DNA of 17,954 bases, from NCBI GenBank assembly GCA_046484135.1, contig JAWOBU010000055.1:1-17954 (forward strand). Reading direction: 5' to 3'. Both the position numbers and the translations under genes were made by a program. This document shows positions 9,019 to 16,100 of the stretch, piece after piece. The DNA comes from a bacterium (GTDB lineage Bacteria; RBG-13-61-14; DATKZS01). Within the stretch, counting starts at the first letter, position 1. Each line of letters starts with the position of its first letter. Below the pieces are notes generated by a model, which saw only the letters and a program-made list of their open reading frames with translations, had not been told where the DNA came from and ran no database searches.

Positions 9019-10305
9019 ATGTATGAAAAGAACGTAGAGAGGATCGAGGAGCTGGTCAGACAGCAGAACAAATGGCGCTGGTCCACTCTTAACCTGATCG
9101 CCAGCGAGAACGTGCTTTCCCGGAAGGCCCGGGCGGTCATGGGCTCTGACTTTGCCCACCGCTACGCAGAGGGCCATCCGGGCGAGCGCTACTACCAGGG
9201 CACCGAGAAGATTGACGAGATCGAGACCCGGTGTGAAAAGCATTTGAAGACGCTTTTCGAGTGCCGGAACATTGACGTGCGTCCCATCAGCGGCACGGTG
9301 GCCAATGACGCGGTGTTCTCGCGCTACATAGACTACGGCAACGTGGTCATGGTGAACTCGACCGCGGGTGGCGGACACATCAGCCATCACCGGGCCGGCT
9401 CGGTGGGTAAGTACACCGACAACATCATCAACTTTCCCCTGACCGAGGACGGCTATCACATTGACGTGGACCACACCGTGGACCTGATCGAGTCGCTGCA
9501 CCCCAAGGTGCTCATCCTGGGGAAAAGCATGATCCTGTTCCCGGAGCCGGTAAAGCAGCTTGCGCCCATCTGCAAGGAAAAAGGGATCACCCTGATCTAT
9601 GACGGCGCCCACGTACTGGGCCTTATCGGCGGAAACCGGTTCCAGCACCCCTTGAAGGATGGAGCGGACATAGTTACCGGCTCGACCCACAAGACCTTTT
9701 TCGGGGCACAGCGGGGGATAGTCTTTTCCAACATGAAGGACTCGGACTGGGCGCGGGTGGATAAGGGGGCTTTCCCCGGAAGCTCGTCCAACCACCATCT
9801 GGACACCCTGGTGGCTCTGGCCATCACGGCTTATGAGTTCCTCGAGTTCGGAGAGGCCTACGCCGACCAGGTAATAAAGAACGCCAAGGCCCTGGCCAAG
9901 GCGCTCTATTCCCACGGCTTCGACGTGCAGGCGGAGAAGTTCGGGTTTACCGAGTGCCACCAGGTGGTCCTGAACGTGAAGAAGCTGGGAGGGGGCGACG
10001 AGGTGGCCCGTATCCTGAAGGACAACAACGTGATAGCCAACATGAACCTGCTTCCTTTCGAGCCCCTGGAGAAGGTCCAGAACCCGGCCGGGCTCCGGCT
10101 GGGCGTACAGGAGATGACCCGGATCGGCATGAAAGAGGACGAGATGCAGACCATCGCCGACCTGTTCAAGAAGTGCCTGATAGACGGCGACTACATAGGA
10201 GACGAGGTCAAGGACTTCCGAAAGGACTACCAGATAGTCCACTACAGCTTTGACGAAGGCGCCGAACCGGCGGACAAGCACGCCAATCTCTCCGCGGTGA
10301 AGTGA
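9019..10305 (+). CDS. glyA: Serine hydroxymethyltransferase (archaeal-type)
   Basis: GGAGG RBS before ATG 9019. Motifs LNLIASEN, HRYAEGHPGERYYQG, GGHISH, YDGAHVLGLI, GSTHKT (PLP lysine) and GLRLGVQEMTR. Confidence 0.96.
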   Translation: MYEKNVERIEELVRQQNKWRWSTLNLIASENVLSRKARAVMGSDFAHRYAEGHPGERYYQGTEKIDEIETRCEKHLKTLFECRNIDVRPISGTVANDAVFSRYIDYGNVVMVNSTAGGGHISHHRAGSVGKYTDNIINFPLTEDGYHIDVDHTVDLIESLHPKVLILGKSMILFPEPVKQLAPICKEKGITLIYDGAHVLGLIGGNRFQHPLKDGADIVTGSTHKTFFGAQRGIVFSNMKDSDWARVDKGAFPGSSSNHHLDTLVALAITAYEFLEFGEAYADQVIKNAKALAKALYSHGFDVQAEKFGFTECHQVVLNVKKLGGGDEVARILKDNNVIANMNLLPFEPLEKVQNPAGLRLGVQEMTRIGMKEDEMQTIADLFKKCLIDGDYIGDEVKDFRKDYQIVHYSFDEGAEPADKHANLSAVK

Positions 10306-10673
10306 TGTACGAGCTGGCGGTGAAAAGGAGGTTTTCCGCCGCCCACCAGCTTCGCGGGTACAAAGGCAAGTGCGAGTCGCTGCACGGGCATACCTACCTC
10401 ATCGAAGTGTTTGTGCGGTCTGAGGAGTTGGACCGGACAGGCTTGGCGGTTGATTTCAAAGAGCTGAAAAAGGTAATAGACGGCGAGCTTTCGCGCTATG
10501 ACCATGCATTTTTGAACGAACTCCCGCCGTTTGACAAGGACAACCCCAGCGCGGAGAACATGGCCCGGGTGATCTACGGCGGGATTAAGAAGGGACTGCC
10601 TGAGGCTGTGTTTTTATCCCGGGTCCTGGTATGGGAGTCGGAGGACGCTGGCGCGGCCTACTTCGAGGAGTAG
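10305..10673 (+). CDS. queD: 6-carboxy-5,6,7,8-tetrahydropterin synthase / PTPS family
   Basis: TGATG overlap with the glyA stop. Motifs FSAAH, CESLHGHTY, DF..LK, DHAFLN, NPSAEN and VWES. Confidence 0.93.
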   Translation: MYELAVKRRFSAAHQLRGYKGKCESLHGHTYLIEVFVRSEELDRTGLAVDFKELKKVIDGELSRYDHAFLNELPPFDKDNPSAENMARVIYGGIKKGLPEAVFLSRVLVWESEDAGAAYFEE

Positions 10674-10676
10674 TTC

Positions 10677-10705
10677 TTAAAATTTCCGGCAAAGCCTGCT
10701 ATAAT
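10677..10705 (+). promoter_or_regulatory. Putative sigma70 promoter immediately after queD
   Basis: TTAAAA, 17-bp spacer, perfect TATAAT (10700-10705) with a TGn extended -10. Predicted start site near 10712. Confidence 0.6.
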
Positions 10706-10845
10706 ATTTACTTGTTCATCAGGCTTTCGCGTACTTGAAAGAACCGGCTGCTCCTGAACTGGAGGGATGTGGCCCCTCACCTCGGAAACCGCGGCAGGCG
10801 CGGTAAGAGCGTCCATGCTCGAAAGGTGCACCGCTTTCTCCTGAT

Positions 10846-10873
10846 GGATGGCCCACACAACTTGTTGTGTGGG
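10846..10873 (+). repeat. REP-like palindrome, copy A
   Basis: GGATGG-CCCACACAAC-TT-GTTGTGTGGG: perfect 10-bp stem, 27/28 identical to the reverse complement of 11005-11032. Confidence 0.9.
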
Positions 10874-10898
10874 TGATGAAGATCACTGGAGAGGCCGC

Positions 10899-10933
10899 GG
10901 CAAGGTTTTACTGACGGAGCCTTTTGCTTTTTT
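10899..10933 (+). terminator. Possible intrinsic terminator (weak stem)
   Basis: GC-AAGGTTTT pairs with GGAGCCTT-tt-GC (several G-U pairs and a bulge), followed by TTTTTT. Confidence 0.4.
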
Positions 10934-11004
10934 GCCACGAGCAGGACCGGAAGACAAATGGAAAACCTGTTACAGAGTACCTGCAGCCACGCTATGCGCG
11001 CCTG

Positions 11005-11032
11005 CCCACACAACAAGTTGTGTGGGCTATCC
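11005..11032 (-). repeat. REP-like palindrome, copy B (inverted relative to A)
   Basis: Minus strand reads GGATAG-CCCACACAAC-TT-GTTGTGTGGG. It sits inside a larger hairpin closed by GAGTACCTGCAG / CTCCAGGTACTC. Confidence 0.9.
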
Positions 11033-11139
11033 TGGATTGCCTCCAGGTACTCAAAAACGGGAAGAACCATAGTATCAAAAGGGAACGGCGCGGAAGCCGG
11101 GTTCCCTCTTTAACAATCTTAAGCAGTAGGTAAGGACTG

Positions 11140-11925
11140 ATGATTGACGTACAGAGTCAGTCGGACGAGCGTCGGGTTCCCATCAAGAAGGTGGGGGTCA
11201 AGGACATCCGGTATCCTGTTATCGTTCGCGACAAGGTTCAGGAGACGCAGGCCACTATCGCCTCGCTTTGCATGTACGTGGACCTTCCCGGCAACTTCAA
11301 GGGGACCCACATGAGCCGGTTCATCGAGGTTTTAAACCGGCGGCGGGGCCGCATCTCCCTTCGCAACTTCCTTAACATCCTGGACGAGCTCAAGGAGGAG
11401 CTGGACGCCCAGTCCGCGTTCGTGGAGATGGACTTTCCGTACTTCATTGAAAAGGAGGCCCCGGTAAGCGGGGAGAAGAGCCTGATGGAGTACGAGTGCC
11501 GCTACATCGGCGAAGTGAACCACAACCGGAAAAGGTTCAACGTGGGCATTACCGCGCCCGTAACCACCCTGTGTCCCTGCTCACGCGAGATGAGCGAAAA
11601 GGGCGCCCACAACCAGCGCGGCTCCGTTACCGTGACCCTGTCTTTCAACAGGTTCTTCTGGATCGAAGACGTGATTGACATCATCGAAGAGTCGGCCAGC
11701 GCCCCTGTCTACGCCCTTCTGAAAAGAGAGGACGAGAAATGGGTCACCGATCACGCCTATGAAAACCCCATGTTCGTGGAAGACGTGGTAAGAGAGATAA
11801 GCATAAGGCTCCGGGACGTGGGCAACTTTAACTGGGTCCGGGTGGAAGCCGAGAACTTCGAGTCCATCCACAACCACTCCGCCTACGCCATGGTCGAGTG
11901 GTCCGAGGATATGGACCAGGAATGA
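11140..11925 (+). CDS. folE2: GTP cyclohydrolase I type IB (FolE2)
   Basis: 261 aa, AAGGA RBS. Motifs DVQ, I.KVGVK.IRYP, KGTHMSRF, VTTLCPCS, GAHNQR, LKREDEK, NPMFVEDVVR and ESIHNHSAYA. Confidence 0.96.
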   Translation: MIDVQSQSDERRVPIKKVGVKDIRYPVIVRDKVQETQATIASLCMYVDLPGNFKGTHMSRFIEVLNRRRGRISLRNFLNILDELKEELDAQSAFVEMDFPYFIEKEAPVSGEKSLMEYECRYIGEVNHNRKRFNVGITAPVTTLCPCSREMSEKGAHNQRGSVTVTLSFNRFFWIEDVIDIIEESASAPVYALLKREDEKWVTDHAYENPMFVEDVVREISIRLRDVGNFNWVRVEAENFESIHNHSAYAMVEWSEDMDQE

Positions 11926-11944
11926 AAGACCGTCGCCGGTCTTT
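11925..11944. terminator. Hairpin, probable bidirectional terminator between convergent folE2 and antitoxin
   Basis: AAAGACCG-TCGC-CGGTCTTT, a perfect 8-bp stem directly at the folE2 stop; T-tracts are short. Confidence 0.55.
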
Positions 11945-12030
11945 GAGCACCAAGACGGCGTTGTAAAAAAACGATTCAATCCGGTTGCAAGAAGTAGGGC
12001 GGGCAGAGCGTGTCCAGAGCTTATATTGTC

Positions 12031-12222
12031 TCACCCGCTGTTCATTCTTTTGCGGATGATCTGGTTTGCCGCCTCGGACAAGTCTATTCCCTGCTCCCTC
12101 GCTTTCTTTTCCAGGAAATCCCGAACCTCTTCGTCAAGATATACAGGGATTCGAAAACTTGCGTCCGGATTATAAAACTTGCCCCGCTCGCCCTTGGAAA
12201 AATCGTAATTGTCTCTCATCAT
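12031..12222 (-). CDS. Putative antitoxin (BrnA/CopG-like ribbon-helix-helix)
   Basis: 63 aa, ATGA overlap with the toxin stop. MRDNYDFSKGERGKFY is the typical N-terminus of BrnT-linked antitoxins, followed by an RHH-like IPVYLDEEV..FL...A segment. Confidence 0.8.
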   Translation of the reverse strand: MMRDNYDFSKGERGKFYNPDASFRIPVYLDEEVRDFLEKKAREQGIDLSEAANQIIRKRMNSG

Positions 12223-12518
12223 CTTTCACCGTAAATGTGAAGCTCTCTCTTGTTGGCCTTTCTGCTTGAAATAATGCGGATAATAACCATGTCAACATCC
12301 TCTTCCCGGAATGTATGACATACGATTAGCAACCTGCCGGTTTCGGAGATTCCCATCGTTACCCATCTGTCCTCGTTATCGCCATGGTCCGGATCATGGA
12401 TGGTAATGGAATTCGCATCGCGAAAAACCGTGGCAGCCTCTTCAAAAGAAACCGCGTGTTTCCGTCTGTTTGTAACTGCCTTTTCATTGTCCCACTCAAA
12501 TCTGTATGTAATAACCAT
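12219..12518 (-). CDS. brnT: BrnT family (DUF497) ribonuclease toxin
   Basis: 99 aa. Motifs FEWD..KA..N.RKH.VSFEEA..VF.D, EDRW.T.G, LLIVCHT.R and IRIISSRKA..RE...Y. Confidence 0.92.
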   Translation of the reverse strand: MVITYRFEWDNEKAVTNRRKHAVSFEEAATVFRDANSITIHDPDHGDNEDRWVTMGISETGRLLIVCHTFREEDVDMVIIRIISSRKANKRELHIYGER

Positions 12519-12641
12519 GATAATAAATTATACGTACGATTGCCACATATTTCCGATCCGCTTTCCTCCACTAAGGTGGATAAAGATAACTTGAACGGAA
12601 ACATATCACACCATTTTCATAAGTCAATCACCAAAAACTTC

Positions 12642-12717
12642 TGGCTCCTGATGAAAATCTGTGAGTTAAATAGACTTCTCAGTAACCGATTATCTTGATA
12701 ATATGAGCTTTCAACAA
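12642..12717 (+). repeat. 76-bp dispersed repeat, copy 2
   Basis: 74/76 identical to 5479-5554. Confidence 0.95.
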
Positions 12718-12746
12718 GTCGGGACACCAATCCCCCGGCCCCCCAG

Positions 12747-12990
12747 GGATTTTGGAGGCATGACTCCGGTGGCCCATGGGGATTGACATTGTTACTTATG
12801 ATTATAAAGGCTGTTTTGCGTTTTCGGCATTCTCGGCTGCCGGCGGGGAGAGGCCGGGCCGGTTCCGGTCTTTTCCCTATTCCCGCTGGAAGCCCTGAAA
12901 GCGATAAACGCATCTTTTTCTATCCACCCACACTAAAATAGGTAGAACCTTTAATGCTATGGGCCACCGGAGTAATGCCTGACAAAATCC
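12747..12990. repeat. Inverted-repeat-bounded 244-bp element (MITE/REPIN-like or structured RNA)
   Basis: 12747-12777 (GGATTTTGGAGGCATGACTCCGGTGGCCCAT) is the near-perfect reverse complement of 12959-12990 (about 29/32). It encloses a 96-nt rod-like hairpin (12817-12912). Confidence 0.75.
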
Positions 12991-13165
12991 AAGGATGCAG
13001 GGAGGCAACAGCTTATATTCCACCCACAGATTCTTGCGAGCGCCCGAACTTCTTTAAAGTCATTACTGGCTTTGCCCTCTTTGATGCTTGAAAAAAAACA
13101 GCGCAATGCTTAGGTATAAATGATTGCCCGGAAAAACTGAGCTAACATAACCCTACTGCGCGCTC

Positions 13166-16100
13166 ATGATGTTTGATTCCTACCAGAGCCGGGAACAAGT
13201 TTCCGTGTTCGCTCGCTCGCTTGCGTTGCTGCGGGAGGGACAGAGGCGTCTTCGGATACTCGGGCTGCCGGGTTCGTCCCCTGCCTTTATGGCCGCCTCC
13301 GTCATGCGGGAGCTTAGTACGCCCGTGCTCATCCTGTGCCCGGAGGACAAGCAGGCCGCGGCCCTGGCAGAGGACGCCCGGTTTTATCTTCAGGCGCTCG
13401 GAATGAAAAAAGACGCCTTCCACCTCTCTTCCCGGCCGCCGTATCAGGCCCTGCCCGGCTCCTTTACCGACGCCCGCAGCGCGGCTCTCGCCGCCATGGC
13501 GGGCGCAGGAAGCGGAAACCCCGTTATGGTCTCCGCTAGTGCGGAAGCAGCTCTCGCAACCACCATGTCACCCGACCTTTTCGCGGACCGGCTCTATGAG
13601 GTCTCTCCCGGCGCACTCGTAGACCGGGACGAGTTTCTTAAAAACCTGGTGTCCTCCGGCTATACCGCGGTGTCCTCGGCCATGGAGCCGGGCGACTTCT
13701 CGGTGCGCGGCGGCATCATGGACGTGTATCCGCCGGGAGTTTCCCGGCCGGTCCGGATCGAGCTGTGGGACGAAGAGGTCGAGTCATTGCGGGCCTTTGA
13801 TCCGGACACCCAGAAGTCGGAAGAAAAAATAGACTCCGTTCTGGTTCCGCCTTTAAAGGAGATTTTCATGTCCGACCCGGAGGCGGAAAAGGCGGCCATG
13901 GCGCTCCGCGACCAGGCGAGACAATGGAAAGAAGACCCGCACTTCAAGTTCGACAAAACCCGGCTTGCCAGGAAAGCGGAAGAGATCGCCCAGCGGATCG
14001 AAAGGAAAGACCATTTCCCGGCAGCCGAGTCCTTTCTTCCACTGTTCTACGAACAAAAGCACTGCGCACTCGATTACCTGGACCGGAACTGGACCACCCT
14101 CTACCTGGACCCATTTCTCTGCGACCAGGCCATAACGAGAAAAACCGAAGAGCTCGAAGAAGAATGGGAGCGGGAGATGACGGAGGAGGGATTCGCTTTG
14201 CCGCCCTTCCAGCACTTTGTCTCCAGAAACCACGCCGAGCGGTCCCTTGCGCCGGCGGCAGTTATCTCCACCGGCCTCGAACACGGCGCACTCCAGGAAG
14301 AAAAGATCACCTACTCTCATCAGAAAAGAAAAGAGGACACGGAAATCAGGGCGCCCTCCATGGATACCGGCCAGGAGCCATTGCCCGGAACCGCTTCCTC
14401 CCTGGAAGGCTATACAGTAGACAACCGACTGGAAAAACCGCTCGAGCCTTTTATAAACGGTCTTTCCGAGCTTATGGAAAACGACTGCCGCGTAATCGCG
14501 GTCTCGCCGTTTGCCGGAAAAGCCGACCGCTTGCAGGATCTACTTTCCGACCACGACATTCATCTTGCCGCTGTCCATGAAAGCTTCGGCATCCTTGAGT
14601 CGGAGGTCTCCCGCGCTGTAACCGCGGGAGTTCTCCACAAGGGGTTCGTGGACCGGGCCGGTGGGCTGGCCTTCTTCCCCGAGGCCGAGGTGTTCGGCGA
14701 GAAAATCCGGCCGGCCCGCAAGCCCCCTGCGCTGGAAGCCTACATCAGCGACCTTTCCGACCTCTCCGAAGGCGAGTACGTGGTGCACGAGGAGCACGGG
14801 GTGGCGCTCTACCGGGGAATGCAGTCCCTGGACGTGCAATGGGCCGGCGACTGGGACTTTGTCCGGGAAAAGGAAAGGCCCCGCATCAGAATGGACTGCG
14901 CCCGCCTCGAGTACTCGGGCGGAGCCATGCTTTACGTGCCCGTCCACCGCATCAACCAGATCGGCAAGTACCGCGGAGCCACTGACACGGCTCCTTCTCT
15001 TGACACCCTGGGCGGCACGTCCTGGGAGCGATTAAAGCAAAAGGTCAAGCGGTCGGTGCGGGAGTTCGCCCAGTACCTGCTCCGCATCTACGCTTCCCGC
15101 CAGGTACACGGGGGCACCGCCTTTCCACCGCCGGACAGCGTGTTCCGGGAGTTCGAGGAAGGGTTCGCCTACGAAGAAACCCCGGACCAGCTTCAGGCCA
15201 TCGAGGACGTGCTCGACGACATGGTCTCGGAGAAGCCCATGGACCGGCTGGTGTGCGGTGACGTGGGCTACGGCAAGACCGAGGTCGCCCTGCGGGCGGC
15301 CTTTCTGGCGGCCATGTCCGGCCGGCAGGTGGCGGTGCTGGTTCCGACCACCATCCTGGCGCAACAGCACTATGAGACCTTTACCACTCGCCTTTCCAAG
15401 TATCCGATAGAGGTCCGGTCCCTCTCCCGGTTCCTGTCCAAAAAGGAGCAGACCCGGGTGCTGGAAGAGATCGTCTCCGGCAAGGCGGACATCGTGATCG
15501 GGACCCACCGGCTCCTCAGCAAGGACGTAACCTTCCACGAGCTCGGCCTGCTCATCATTGACGAGGAGCACCGCTTCGGGGTCCGGCACAAGGAGCGGCT
15601 CCGGGAGCTCAAGGCCACAGTGGACACCCTCATACTTACGGCGACCCCCATACCGCGCACCCTGCACATGTCCCTGGCCGGGCTGCGCGACATGTCCGTG
15701 ATCAACACCCCTCCGCCGGACCGGCTGGCGGTGCACACCGAGCTTCTGCGCGACGACGACCGGATCATCAAGGAGGCCATCGAGCGGGAGCTCCGGCGGG
15801 GAGGCCAGGCGTTTTTCGTGCACAATCGGGTCCAGACCATCGAGCCGGTGCTGGACAGGGTGCAGAAGCTGGCGCCGCAGGCCCGGGTGGCCTTGGCCCA
15901 CGGCCAGATGAAGGGAAAGGACCTGGAACGGATCATGTCCGAGTTCATCCAGGGCCGTTACGACGTGCTGGTCTGCTCGGCCATTATCCAGTCCGGCCTG
16001 GACATCCCGCGGGTGAACACCATGCTCATAAACCGGGCGGACCAGTTCGGCCTGGCCCAGCTTTACCAGTTGCGGGGCAGGATCGGCCGGGCCAAGGCGC

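Larger units (their letters stand above)
10712..10933 (+). ncRNA. Candidate structured ncRNA or leader RNA of unknown class
   Basis: Begins at the predicted start site. TTCATCAGG (10715-23) pairs with CCTGATGGA (10840-48). Internal hairpins GAGGG/CCCTC, ACCGCG/CGCGGT and GAGC/GCTC. Ends in a hairpin plus T6. No convincing CDS here. Confidence 0.45.

Noticed and set aside
10714..10850. Canonical SAM-I riboswitch call
   Set aside because: The GCAACC element and kink-turn GA are absent and spacing is wrong; kept only as a variant hypothesis.
10846..11032. CRISPR array from the 28-bp palindromic repeats
   Set aside because: Only two copies, inverted rather than direct, 131 bp apart, and no cas genes.
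11945..12640. Integron cassette (attC) context for the TA pair
   Set aside because: No RYYYAAC...GTTRRRY-bounded palindrome recognised and no integrase in the window.
12820..12890. Cobalamin riboswitch on the minus strand (AATAGGGAA...CCCCGC), also AAAAGGGAA at 11077
   Set aside because: Lacks the GGTG..AA.TCC and ACTGT elements and a proper B12 box; adjacent genes are not B12-related.
13140..13168. dif-like site (AGCTAACATAA resembles the XerD arm)
   Set aside because: The XerC arm does not match at the required 6-bp spacing.
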